Origin: Candidatus Omnitrophota bacterium
GTDB lineage: Bacteria > Omnitrophota > Gorgyraeia > JAFGHF01
Length of the DNA stretch: 64,000 nt
Assembly: GCA_043805735.1 (NCBI GenBank)
Contig: JAZDHS010000024.1
Coordinates: forward strand, 2,792 to 66,791
Reading direction: 5' to 3'
In this document: piece after piece, positions 9,695 through 18,844 of the stretch
How positions within the stretch are numbered: position 1 is the first letter of the stretch
How the letters are laid out: each line of letters begins with the position of its first letter
Program-made: the position numbers and the translations under genes
The notes under the pieces: generated by a model
The model's input: only the letters and a program-made list of their open reading frames with translations
What the model was told of the DNA's origin: nothing
Databases searched by the model: none

Positions 9695-10096
9695 ATGCCC
9701 AGGCTTATTGGAATTGACATACCTAAAGAAAAAAGAATTGAAATCGCCCTGACTTATATTTACGGTATTGGCAGAGCAACTTCCAACAGAGTTTTAAGCA
9801 TCGCCGGCATTAGTCCTGACGTACGGGCCAAGGATTTAACTGAAGATGAAATTGCCAAGTTAACCAACGTCATTCAAAAAGAGGCAAAAGTAGAAGGAGA
9901 TTTACGTAGAGAAATATCGCAAAATATCAAACGGCTGATGGATATCGGCAGCTGGCGCGGTTTAAGGCACAAAAAGGGCTTGCCGGTACGCGGGCAACGC
10001 ACCCGGACAAACGCCAGGACGCGTAAGGGTCCCCGTAAGACTGTAGGCGCATCGAAAAAGGCCAAGGAAACTGTTGCCGCAAAGGCCGCCCAATAG
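9695..10096 (+). CDS. rpsM: 30S ribosomal protein S13
   Basis: [26 protein letters not shown]... Confidence 0.95.
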   Translation: MPRLIGIDIPKEKRIEIALTYIYGIGRATSNRVLSIAGISPDVRAKDLTEDEIAKLTNVIQKEAKVEGDLRREISQNIKRLMDIGSWRGLRHKKGLPVRGQRTRTNARTRKGPRKTVGASKKAKETVAAKAAQ

Positions 10097-10125
10097 AATT
10101 ACCGTGAATAACTAAGAGGAGAGCA

Positions 10126-10515
10126 ATGACCACCAAACCAAAAAAAACAAAGAAGAAGTTTCTTACGGATATTAGCATTTGTATCGCCCATATCCAGGCG
10201 ACATTCAACAATACGATTATTACGATTACCGATTTAAAAGGCAATGCCGTAGCTTGGGCCTCAAGCGGCGTAGTCGGTTTTAAAGGTTCAAAAAAATCTA
10301 CTCCTTTCGCCGCGCAGGTAGCCGCAGAGAATGTGGCCCGCCGGGCTAAGGAAATGGGGGTAAAACAAGTCGAAATCTTTATCAGCGGTCCGGGCTCGGG
10401 AAGAGAGTCGGCAATTCGCGCCATCCAGGCCGCCGGGCTTTCGATTACCGCAATCAGAGACGTAACGCCCATTCCACATAACGGATGCCGGCCCCCGAAA
10501 CGCAGGAGAGTATAA
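10126..10515 (+). CDS. rpsK: 30S ribosomal protein S11
   Basis: 129 aa; [18 protein letters not shown]...; S11 family. Confidence 0.95.
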   Translation: MTTKPKKTKKKFLTDISICIAHIQATFNNTIITITDLKGNAVAWASSGVVGFKGSKKSTPFAAQVAAENVARRAKEMGVKQVEIFISGPGSGRESAIRAIQAAGLSITAIRDVTPIPHNGCRPPKRRRV

Positions 10516-11141
10516 TGGCGAGATACACTGGTCCATCATGCAGATTATGTAGAAGGGAAGGGGTTAAGCTCTTCTTAAAGGGAACCCGCTGTACGAGTGA
10601 AAAGTGCGCTTTAAATAAACGCGCCTTCCCGCCCGGACAGCACGGTAAAAATCGTATTAAGCTTTCCGATTACGCAGTGCAGTTGCGAGAAAAACAAAAA
10701 GTACGCCGCATCTACGGCTTAACCGAAAAACAATTCAGGCTCTATTTTAAAAAAGCTGAAAAAAGTAAAGGCGTTACCGGCACGGCGCTCTTGCAGTCCC
10801 TGGAAAGAAGGCTCGATAGCGTGGTTCTCAATTTAGGCTTTGCGCTTTCCCGGCAGCAGGCCCGCCAAATAGTAAAACACAAATTCCTTTTAGTCAATAC
10901 CAAACCGGTTGATGTGCCTTCTTTCTTAGTAAAACCCAGCGACATCATTACGATAAAAAATGACGAAGGCAAGATGAAGTTAATTAAGGAACTGCTTAAG
11001 GTCACCAAAGACAAAATGATTCCGGACTGGATTGCGTTGGATAAAGAGAAATTAGAGGCCAAAGTCATGCGCGTCCCGCGCCGGGAAGAAATACCTTATC
11101 CGATCCGCGAACAGCTAATCATTGAACTTTATTCAAAATAA
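10515..11141 (+). CDS. rpsD: 30S ribosomal protein S4
   Basis: [16 protein letters not shown]...; ORF-track start 10485 is an upstream extension. Confidence 0.9.
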   Translation: MARYTGPSCRLCRREGVKLFLKGTRCTSEKCALNKRAFPPGQHGKNRIKLSDYAVQLREKQKVRRIYGLTEKQFRLYFKKAEKSKGVTGTALLQSLERRLDSVVLNLGFALSRQQARQIVKHKFLLVNTKPVDVPSFLVKPSDIITIKNDEGKMKLIKELLKVTKDKMIPDWIALDKEKLEAKVMRVPRREEIPYPIREQLIIELYSK

Positions 11142-11160
11142 ACAAGTAGCAGGAGGAAAA

Positions 11161-12153
11161 ATGGGAATTAAGTGGAGAAATTTTGAGATGCCTAAAAAGC
11201 TGGAAATGATCCAGGAGGAGAATTTATCCCCGGATTCCTACGGCAAATTTATTGCCGAACCTTTTGAACGAGGCTACGGAATCACCATCGGTAACTCCAT
11301 AAGAAGAATTTTGCTTTCTTCCATTGAGGGCAGCGCGATTACTTCCATTAAAATCGAAGGGGTGCTTCATGAGTTTTCCACTATGCCCGGAGTCGTTGAG
11401 GATGTGCCGGAAATAATTCTCAACATTAAAAAGTTAACTCTAAGGGGGCACACCAAAAACCCGAAAACAATTTTTATTAAGGCTGAGAAGAAGGGCGAGG
11501 TCACCGCGGCGGATATCATTACTGATGAAACCATCGAGGTGGTCAATCCCGAGCTGCACATCGCCACGCTTTCCAAAAATAGCAAATTTTTTGTGGAAAT
11601 GGAAGTCGGCCGGGGACGAGGCTATGTGCCTGCGGAAAAAAACAAAAAAGAATCACAGAGTATCGGCGTAATTCCGATTGATTCGCTTTTTTCCCCGATT
11701 ACCAAAGTGAATTTTCACGTTGAAAACACTAGGGTCGGCCAGATGACCGATTACGACAAACTGATTTTGGAAATCTGGACGAATAGAGGCATCGGCCCCA
11801 AAGATGCGCTGCTTTACGCGGCCAATATCCTGCAAAAGCACCTCGAGGTTTTTATTGGATTCGGAAAACTCCCTGAAGAAGAAGAGCTACAGGAGAGTTC
11901 CGAAGACCAGGAACTCTATGATAAGCTCCGACAGCCAATTTCCGAACTGGAGTTATCGGTCAGAAGCAGCAACTGCCTTGAGGAGGCGCGGATTAAAACT
12001 ATCGGCGACCTGGTCCAAAAATCCGAGATGGAAATGCTCAAATACCGTAATTTCGGCAAAAAGTCGCTGGCCGAGATTAATAATATCCTCGGCGGTATGA
12101 ACCTTTCGCTGGGAATGAAGATTGACTCCAAAAAACTTAAGAAAAAACAATAA
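11161..12153 (+). CDS. rpoA: DNA-directed RNA polymerase subunit alpha
   Basis: MGIKWRNFEMPKKLEMI...; N-terminal domain and C-terminal domain motifs; GGAGG SD upstream. Confidence 0.9.
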   Translation: MGIKWRNFEMPKKLEMIQEENLSPDSYGKFIAEPFERGYGITIGNSIRRILLSSIEGSAITSIKIEGVLHEFSTMPGVVEDVPEIILNIKKLTLRGHTKNPKTIFIKAEKKGEVTAADIITDETIEVVNPELHIATLSKNSKFFVEMEVGRGRGYVPAEKNKKESQSIGVIPIDSLFSPITKVNFHVENTRVGQMTDYDKLILEIWTNRGIGPKDALLYAANILQKHLEVFIGFGKLPEEEELQESSEDQELYDKLRQPISELELSVRSSNCLEEARIKTIGDLVQKSEMEMLKYRNFGKKSLAEINNILGGMNLSLGMKIDSKKLKKKQ

Positions 12154-12170
12154 GGTAAGGAATAAAAACA

Positions 12171-12743
12171 ATGCGCCATCGTAAGTTTTCACAAAGGCTG
12201 AGCAGGCCACTAGGAGCTAGGCGTGCAACTGTACGTAATCTGGTGCGGGCACTGCTTAAATACCAACGTATTAAAACAACTAGAGCGAAGGCAAAATTTA
12301 CGCAGCGTGTTGTTGAGCGGCTGATCACTATCGGTAAAGAAGACTCGCTCCACGCTCGTCGAAAGGCCTATCAATTTTTGAATGATCGAGACATGGTCCA
12401 GCATCTTTTTAAGAAAATTGTACCGCTGTTTAAAAACCGAAACTCAGGATTTACCCGGGTAATTCACTTGCCGATCTACCGAGCAGGTGATGGCACAAGC
12501 CTGGTTCTTTTAGAGCTCACCGAACAGCTACCGATCGTTAAGCCGGTCCATTCCAAAAAAGAAAAGGCCGAAAAGCCCGTTCAAGGGAACAAGCCTGAAC
12601 CAGAAAAAACACTAAAGACGGAAACGATTAAAGAAGAAACAAAACACCCGCACAAATTTGAAAAACCCTTCAAAAAAGAAAAACCGAAGAAATTTTTAGG
12701 AGGGTTACGCCGGCTATTTAAGAAAGAAAGGGATTCTTTGTGA
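12171..12743 (+). CDS. rplQ: 50S ribosomal protein L17 with ~70-aa K/E/P-rich C-terminal extension
   Basis: MRHRKFSQRLSRPLGARRATVRNLV...; core ~120 aa then low-complexity KPEPEKTLKTETIKEETKHPHKFEKPFKKEKPKKF. Confidence 0.9.
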   Translation: MRHRKFSQRLSRPLGARRATVRNLVRALLKYQRIKTTRAKAKFTQRVVERLITIGKEDSLHARRKAYQFLNDRDMVQHLFKKIVPLFKNRNSGFTRVIHLPIYRAGDGTSLVLLELTEQLPIVKPVHSKKEKAEKPVQGNKPEPEKTLKTETIKEETKHPHKFEKPFKKEKPKKFLGGLRRLFKKERDSL

Positions 12744-13912
12744 AAATAGCCAAAAGGCTGGAGAAAGTTAGCCCTTCGCTTACTTTAGAAGTGACTAACT
12801 TGGCGAAAAAGCTCAAGGACCAAGGACGGGCGATAGTAAACTTTGCTGGAGGCGAACCGGATTTTGATACTCCGGAACATATAAAATTGGCAGCAATAGC
12901 GGCAATCAAGGAAGGGTTCACTAAATACACTCCTTCCTCCGGTACGGCCCAACTGAAAAAAGCAATTGCCCAAAAGTTCCTTCAGGACAATCACCTATCT
13001 TATACCCCCGAACAGATCATCGTCAGTTGCGGAGCTAAGCACTCTATTTACAACATAATCCTCGCCCTCTGTGAAAAAGGCGATGAGGTAATTATGGGCT
13101 CGCCGTACTGGCTGAGTTATCCGGAAATGGTGGCCTTAGCCGAGGCCAAAGCTAAAATCGTTAAAACCCCACTGAAAAAAAATTTTAAACTCGATAAAGA
13201 GTCGCTCCAGCGCAGTATCAATAAAAAGAGCAAGCTCCTTATTCTCAATAGCCCCTCTAATCCCACCGGCGCAGTTTATACCCGTGACGAACTCAAAGAG
13301 ATTGTTGAGGTGGTGCTGCGCCATAATCTCTATGTGATTAGTGACGAAATTTACGAGAAACTGATTTACGATGGCCAAGAGCATGTCTCCTGCGCCTCTT
13401 TAGGAAAAGAAATCTTCCAGCGCACGATTGTTGTCAATGGCGTTTCTAAAAGTTACGCGATGACGGGCTGGAGAATCGGCTACTTAGCCTCACCCGACAA
13501 GGAAATTGTCAATGCCATCGATACCCTCCAAAGCCATTCTACCTCTAACCCCTGTTCGATCAGCCAAAAGGCTACTTTAGAAGCACTCACCACCACCGAC
13601 AACACCCAGATGCAAAAAATGGTGCAGGAGTTTCAGTCCAGAAGAGACATTCTCCTCCAGGGGCTCGACGCGGCGAAGATTCCCTATGTCAAGCCTCAAG
13701 GGGCCTTTTACGTCTTCTGCAATATCGCCAAGACCGGCCTGAATTCAATAACGTTCTCTCGAGAACTCCTGGAACAGGCAGAGGTAGCGGTCATTCCCGG
13801 AATAGCCTTCGGCAAAGACGACTACGTACGCTTGAGCTTTTCCACCAGCGCTGAGCAAATTCGCGAAGGAACGCGGCGAATTAAAGATTGGCTTAAGTCG
13901 CGTAATCGCTAA
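12740..13912 (+). CDS. PLP-dependent aminotransferase class I/II (aspartate aminotransferase-like), GTG start
   Basis: 390 aa; SKSYAMTGWRIGY PLP-Lys motif; overlaps rplQ stop. Confidence 0.75.
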   Translation: MKIAKRLEKVSPSLTLEVTNLAKKLKDQGRAIVNFAGGEPDFDTPEHIKLAAIAAIKEGFTKYTPSSGTAQLKKAIAQKFLQDNHLSYTPEQIIVSCGAKHSIYNIILALCEKGDEVIMGSPYWLSYPEMVALAEAKAKIVKTPLKKNFKLDKESLQRSINKKSKLLILNSPSNPTGAVYTRDELKEIVEVVLRHNLYVISDEIYEKLIYDGQEHVSCASLGKEIFQRTIVVNGVSKSYAMTGWRIGYLASPDKEIVNAIDTLQSHSTSNPCSISQKATLEALTTTDNTQMQKMVQEFQSRRDILLQGLDAAKIPYVKPQGAFYVFCNIAKTGLNSITFSRELLEQAEVAVIPGIAFGKDDYVRLSFSTSAEQIREGTRRIKDWLKSRNR

Positions 13913-13940
13913 AACAAAAGCACTGCGGATCTAATCAAAC

Positions 13941-15206
13941 ATGGGCCAGACTATTGTCGAAAAAATACTCTCAAGCCACAGCCGCAAGAAGGTCAAGGCG
14001 GGGGATATCGCTATCTGTGATATCGATTTTTGTTTTGGCCAAGACGGCACTTCCGAACTCGTCATTGACAACTTCCGTTCTCTGGGAAAGAAACAGGTGT
14101 TCGATAAAAAGAAGTTTGCTATTGTTATCGACCACAGCACGCCCAGCCCCAAACAATCCATCTCCAATATTCATAGTAAACTAAGAAGTTTCAGTAAGGA
14201 ACAGGGCACGCTCCTTTTTGATATCGGCTGCGGGGTCTGTCATCAGGTTATCCCGGAATCGGGAGTTATACTTCCCGGAAGCGTTGTCATCGGGGCTGAC
14301 TCGCATACCTGCACTTACGGAGCGCTCAACGCCTTCGCCTGTGGACTAGGCTCCACTGATATCGCCATTACCTTAGCCAGTGGCAAAAATTGGTTCAAGG
14401 TTCCTCAAACCATTAAAATTGTGGTCAAGGGCCGCTTGGCTTTAGGTGTATCGGCCAAAGACATTGTGCTTTATGTTATCGGGACGCTCACCGCTAACGG
14501 CTGCACTTATAAAGCCGTAGAGTTTAGCGGCCCGGCAATGGATAGCTTAAGTATGGACGGGCGATTCACCATCAGCAATATGGCCGTAGAAATGGGTGCA
14601 AAATGCGGAATTTTTTGCGCCGATGCCAAAACACGAGCGTGGCTGGGTAACAAAACAAAAAGGAAAATAAGAGCAGTTGCTGCCGACGAAGACGCCCGTT
14701 ATGAAAAGGTAGTTGAATTTGATATATCCAAGCTCACCCCGCAGATAGCCAAACCGCATAGCGTAGATAACGTTGTCACTATTGACCAGATGAAAGGCAC
14801 GCCGATTCAGCTCGCCTATTTAGGTACCTGCACCAACGGCAGACTCCAAGACCTGACTATTGCCGCAAATATTGTCAAAGGCAGAAAGGTAAAAGCAGGA
14901 GTAACTTTTGTAGTTGCCCCGGCTTCTAAAATTATCTACCTTGAGGCGGCAAAACGTGGTATATTAGAAACCTTGACCGCTGCTGGAGCAGTAATACTTC
15001 CCCCTGGATGCGGACCATGCGTGGGAACGCATGCCGGCGTACCTGCCGACGGACAAAACGTTATTTCGACCGCGAATAGAAATTTTAAAGGCCGGATGGG
15101 TAATCCCAGCGCCTTTATTTATCTGGCATCTCCGGCCACGGTAAGCGCTAGCGCCCTGACCGGAGAAATCAGCAATCCCGCATCCTATTTAAGAAAGAAG
15201 AGATAA
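13941..15206 (+). CDS. leuC: Aconitase-family hydratase large subunit, archaeal-type LeuC/HacA (3-isopropylmalate dehydratase or homoaconitase type)
   Basis: 421 aa; Fe-S ligand Cys pattern (CGPC...); length typical of two-subunit LeuCD type. Confidence 0.7.
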   Translation: MGQTIVEKILSSHSRKKVKAGDIAICDIDFCFGQDGTSELVIDNFRSLGKKQVFDKKKFAIVIDHSTPSPKQSISNIHSKLRSFSKEQGTLLFDIGCGVCHQVIPESGVILPGSVVIGADSHTCTYGALNAFACGLGSTDIAITLASGKNWFKVPQTIKIVVKGRLALGVSAKDIVLYVIGTLTANGCTYKAVEFSGPAMDSLSMDGRFTISNMAVEMGAKCGIFCADAKTRAWLGNKTKRKIRAVAADEDARYEKVVEFDISKLTPQIAKPHSVDNVVTIDQMKGTPIQLAYLGTCTNGRLQDLTIAANIVKGRKVKAGVTFVVAPASKIIYLEAAKRGILETLTAAGAVILPPGCGPCVGTHAGVPADGQNVISTANRNFKGRMGNPSAFIYLASPATVSASALTGEISNPASYLRKKR

Positions 15207-15208
15207 CT

Positions 15209-16294
15209 ATGGATTTAAGGACGCTACTACAGGTGGCTTTGGAAAAAGGCGCATCGGATTTACATATTACCGAAAACGCGCCCCCGATGCTGCGCATTAA
15301 CGGAAAACTCAATTTCACTGATTTTAATAAGCTTTCGCGGGAGGATACGAAAAATTTAGTCTATAGCATCCTTACCGACGACCAGAAAAAAATCTTTGAG
15401 AAGACTTTTGAACTTGATTTTTCTTTTACCTTGCCTGGGGTGCAAAGAGTAAGAATAAACGTACATATGCAAAGAGGGAGCGTTGAGGCCGCGTTTCGCT
15501 TGGTGAGTTTAAAAATCCGCACAATCAGAGAATTGGGGCTGCCGCTCATCGCCGAAGAGCTGGCGCGCAAACCATCAGGCCTGGTTTTGATTACTGGGCC
15601 AACGGGAACGGGTAAAACCACAACCCTGGCGGCAATGGTCGATCTAATTAATAATGAGAAAGAATACATTATCGTTGCTATTGAAGACCCGATTGAATTT
15701 TTGCATTACAATAAGAAAAGCGTAATCAAGCAAAGGGAACTCTATTCCGACACTCTTTCTTTTTCCGCCGCGCTTAAACATGCGCTACGTCAGGATCCCA
15801 ACGTCATTGTAGTCGGTGAAATGCGCGACCTGGAAACCATTTCCACGGCGCTGACAGCTGCGGAAACCGGGCATTTAGTGCTGGCTACTTTGCATACGCC
15901 GGACGCACCGCAAACAATTGACCGGATTATTGATGTCTTTCCGCCGTATCAACAAAGCCAGGTTGTCGTGCAGCTTTCCAATTCCCTCCAGGGCATTATC
16001 GCGCAACGGCTCTTGCCCAGGGCCGATCGCCCGGGAAGAATAGTGGCGACCGAAGTGCTGATCGCGACCACAGCCGTACGCAATTTAGTCCGTGAACACG
16101 AAACGGAACAACTACTCACCCTTATTCAAACCGGCTCGCAATACGGTATGCATACGATGGACAAGTGCCTGCGAGAACTTTACGAAAGAAAGATTATTTC
16201 CATCGACACCGCAATGGCGCACTGTAAAGATGCGGCGGAGTTTTCCCAGTCCAGCGGTAGAGGCGGCGGGGCAGAACCACAGACCTTTCGATGA
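15209..16294 (+). CDS. pilT: Type IV pilus twitching-motility retraction ATPase PilT
   Basis: 361 aa; GASDLHI, GPTGTGKTTT Walker A, IEDPIEF, VVGEMRD, TGHLVLATLHT; starts 3 nt after leuC-like stop, ATGA overlap with next gene. Confidence 0.85.
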   Translation: MDLRTLLQVALEKGASDLHITENAPPMLRINGKLNFTDFNKLSREDTKNLVYSILTDDQKKIFEKTFELDFSFTLPGVQRVRINVHMQRGSVEAAFRLVSLKIRTIRELGLPLIAEELARKPSGLVLITGPTGTGKTTTLAAMVDLINNEKEYIIVAIEDPIEFLHYNKKSVIKQRELYSDTLSFSAALKHALRQDPNVIVVGEMRDLETISTALTAAETGHLVLATLHTPDAPQTIDRIIDVFPPYQQSQVVVQLSNSLQGIIAQRLLPRADRPGRIVATEVLIATTAVRNLVREHETEQLLTLIQTGSQYGMHTMDKCLRELYERKIISIDTAMAHCKDAAEFSQSSGRGGGAEPQTFR

Positions 16295-16797
16295 AAAACA
16301 AGGCCACAGCCTATAAATTCGGCGATAATATCAGCACTGACCTGATTATTTCCGGGCGCTATAAATTCGCGATCCGCGATATGAAGGAACTAGCCAAACA
16401 TGCCATGGAAGATGCCGACCCTGATTTTTACCAGAAGACGCAAGGAAAACCTTCTTTCGTAGTTGGCGGCTGGAATTTTGGCATGGGCTCCTCGCGCGAA
16501 CAGGCCCCCTGGGCGCTCAAAGAGGCCAATGTCCAGGCAGTTATTGCCAAAAATTTCGCCCGTATTTTTTACCGCAATGCCTTTAATATCGGGCTGCCTT
16601 TGGTTGAGTGCAATACCGATTTAATCGCTAATGAAGATATTTTAGAACTGGATTTAGATAAGAGCTACTTAAAAAATATTACCAAAAATCGCGAAATTCC
16701 CATTGAGCCAATCCACCCGACGATGAGTGCGTTACTGAAGGCCGGTGGGGTAATCAGCTATTTAAAAGAACATAAGGATTTAAACTTTGAGGCATAG
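16291..16797 (+). CDS. leuD: Aconitase-family small subunit (LeuD/HacB type)
   Basis: 168 aa swivel-domain protein; partner of 13941..15206. Confidence 0.7.
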   Translation: MKNKATAYKFGDNISTDLIISGRYKFAIRDMKELAKHAMEDADPDFYQKTQGKPSFVVGGWNFGMGSSREQAPWALKEANVQAVIAKNFARIFYRNAFNIGLPLVECNTDLIANEDILELDLDKSYLKNITKNREIPIEPIHPTMSALLKAGGVISYLKEHKDLNFEA

Positions 16798-17875
16798 AGT
16801 AACGATTATTCCTGGTGATGGCATCGGGCAGGAAGTAAGCCTGGCCGCTAAAAGATGCATTGACTCTACCGGCGTGGAAATTCAATGGGAAGAGGCATTG
16901 GTCGGAGAAGAGGCCTTAAAGAAGTACGGAGAGATTTTGCCGCCGGCCACTATTGAGTCGATTAAAAAAAATAAAGTGGCAATTAAAGGCCCGGTCATTA
17001 CTCCCATCGGTAAAGGGTTTCGCTCGGTTAACGTGCAATTAAGGCAGGTGCTTGACCTCTATGCTTGCGTACGTCCCTGTAAATGGTATGAAGGGGTCAA
17101 GGCCCCCTACACACATATCGACCTGGTCGTAATTAGGGAAAACACCGAAGACCTTTATGCCGGTATTGAGTTTGATATCCACGAGCAGTCGACTAAAGAA
17201 CTAATTTCGTGCATTCAAAAATTAGGCGGTAAAACTATCCGGCCGGATAGCGCCTTAAGCATTAAACCGATTTCGCGCACCGGCTCAGAAAGAATAGTCC
17301 GCTTCGCCTTCGAGTATGCCCTGGCGAATAAAAGAAAAAAAGTCACCGCCGTACACAAAGCCAATATCATGAAGTTTACCGACGGGCTGTTTATGCGGGT
17401 AGCCCAGGAAGTGGCCAAGGAATACGAGGGCCGAGTTGCTTTTGAGGAAAGATTAGTCGATAATATGTCGATGCAATTAGTGCAAAAACCGCAAGACTAT
17501 GACTGCCTGGTCCTGCCTAATCTTTACGGAGACATTCTTTCGGACTTATGCGCCGGCTTAGTCGGCGGCCTGGGCGTGGCGCCGGGCGCGAATATCGGCA
17601 AAGAATACGCCCTGTTTGAACCCACGCACGGCAGCGCTCCCAAGTACCAGGGACTGAATAAAGCCAATCCTACGGCAACTATTCTTTCCGGGGTAATGAT
17701 GTTGCGGCATTTAGGAGAAGAGCAGGCCGCGCAAAGACTGGAGCAGGCGGTAAGCGCGGTAATTAAAGAAGCGAAGTTCGTGACCTATGATTTAAAAGCC
17801 GACCGCAATGATCCCCAGGCCTGCGGGACAAGCCAAATGGCCGACGCGATTATTGCCAAACTTAAAAGGCGTTAA
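16787..17875 (+). CDS. leuB: 3-isopropylmalate / isocitrate dehydrogenase family (beta-decarboxylating dehydrogenase)
   Basis: 362 aa; IPGDGIGQEV N-terminus, NLYGDILSD motif; length favours LeuB but NAD-IDH/HICDH not excluded. Confidence 0.7.
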   Translation: MRHRVTIIPGDGIGQEVSLAAKRCIDSTGVEIQWEEALVGEEALKKYGEILPPATIESIKKNKVAIKGPVITPIGKGFRSVNVQLRQVLDLYACVRPCKWYEGVKAPYTHIDLVVIRENTEDLYAGIEFDIHEQSTKELISCIQKLGGKTIRPDSALSIKPISRTGSERIVRFAFEYALANKRKKVTAVHKANIMKFTDGLFMRVAQEVAKEYEGRVAFEERLVDNMSMQLVQKPQDYDCLVLPNLYGDILSDLCAGLVGGLGVAPGANIGKEYALFEPTHGSAPKYQGLNKANPTATILSGVMMLRHLGEEQAAQRLEQAVSAVIKEAKFVTYDLKADRNDPQACGTSQMADAIIAKLKRR

Positions 17876-17879
17876 GACA

Positions 17880-18803
17880 ATGAGAATAGCTGTTATTGGC
17901 GCGGGAAATGTCGGGGCGGCAACGGCGATGCGTATCGCCGAAGCGGATTTGGCCGACGTTGTCCTGATCGATATTGTTGAAGGCAAAGCCGCGGGAATCG
18001 CCCTGGATATCTCAAGCGCCTCGGCGATTGTGCGCCACTCGCGTTCTTTAATCGGCAGCAGTGATTACGCTGATCTGGAGGGCGCGGAGATTGTAGTAAT
18101 GACGGCGGGCTTCGCCCGTAAACCCGGGGAAAGCCGCGACGATTTACTGTTGAAAAATGCGGCGGTAGTAAAAGAGGTTGCCGCGCAAATCGCGCGATAT
18201 TGCCCGGAGGCGATTGTCATCGTTGTCACCAATCCCCTGGACGCGATGGCCTACCTGTTGTATAAGACGACTAACTTTGCCTGCGCGCAAATCATCGGCA
18301 TGGGCGGAACCTCGGACTGCGCGCGATTGAATATGCTCATTGCCGATGAGTTAAATACAAACGTGCAAAATATTCAGTCGATGATCATCGGGGCCCATGG
18401 CGACAGCATGGTGGTCTTACCCAGGCTTTGCACAGTCCAGGGCATCCCGATCAGTGATTTATTAAGTGAAGAAAAGGTCAGTGATATTATCGAACAAACG
18501 CGCCATTTTGGCGCCCATGTTGTCGAGCTCTTAGGGCAGGGCAGCGCCTATTATGGCCCCTCCGCCGGGGTACTACAATTAGTCGATGCTATTGTCCACG
18601 ACCGCAAGAGCGTACTCTGTGCCTCTACTTTTATCGACGGGCAATATGGTTTAAACAATATCTTTATCGGCATTCCGGTAAAGATTGGGCGCAGCGGCAT
18701 TGAAGAAATCATCGAGCTGGAGTTAAACGAAGAAGAAAAAACCGATTTTATTTATTCGGTTAACAAGGTAAGAGAAACAATAGAGAAATTAGACCCTGCT
18801 TAA
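17880..18803 (+). CDS. mdh: Malate dehydrogenase (LDH-like family)
   Basis: MRIAVIGAGNVGAATA Rossmann N-terminus; ~308 aa from ATG 17880 (ORF-track 17808 is an extension). Confidence 0.8.
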   Translation: MRIAVIGAGNVGAATAMRIAEADLADVVLIDIVEGKAAGIALDISSASAIVRHSRSLIGSSDYADLEGAEIVVMTAGFARKPGESRDDLLLKNAAVVKEVAAQIARYCPEAIVIVVTNPLDAMAYLLYKTTNFACAQIIGMGGTSDCARLNMLIADELNTNVQNIQSMIIGAHGDSMVVLPRLCTVQGIPISDLLSEEKVSDIIEQTRHFGAHVVELLGQGSAYYGPSAGVLQLVDAIVHDRKSVLCASTFIDGQYGLNNIFIGIPVKIGRSGIEEIIELELNEEEKTDFIYSVNKVRETIEKLDPA

Positions 18804-18830
18804 AAGGAATGCGCAGGTCTATCCTCTGGG
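18791..18830. repeat. REP-like palindromic hairpin element, copy 2 (variant with compensatory stem changes), overlapping mdh stop codon
   Basis: AGACCCTGC-TTAAAAGGAAT-GCGCAGGTCT + ATCCTCTGGG; same loop and flank as copy 1. Confidence 0.65.
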
Positions 18831-18844
18831 ATTAGGAGCCTAGC

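Noticed and set aside
9927-10472. 181-aa minus-strand ORF
   Set aside because: Lies antisense to the well-supported rpsM/rpsK genes, has a Pro/Ala/Arg-rich composition typical of antisense frames in GC-skewed coding DNA, and has no SD.
16787-18803. Firm call of a TCA-cycle (aconitase-IDH-MDH) module
   Set aside because: The dehydrogenase length (362 aa) and the archaeal-type LeuCD architecture fit ordinary leucine biosynthesis equally well. Left as an open alternative.
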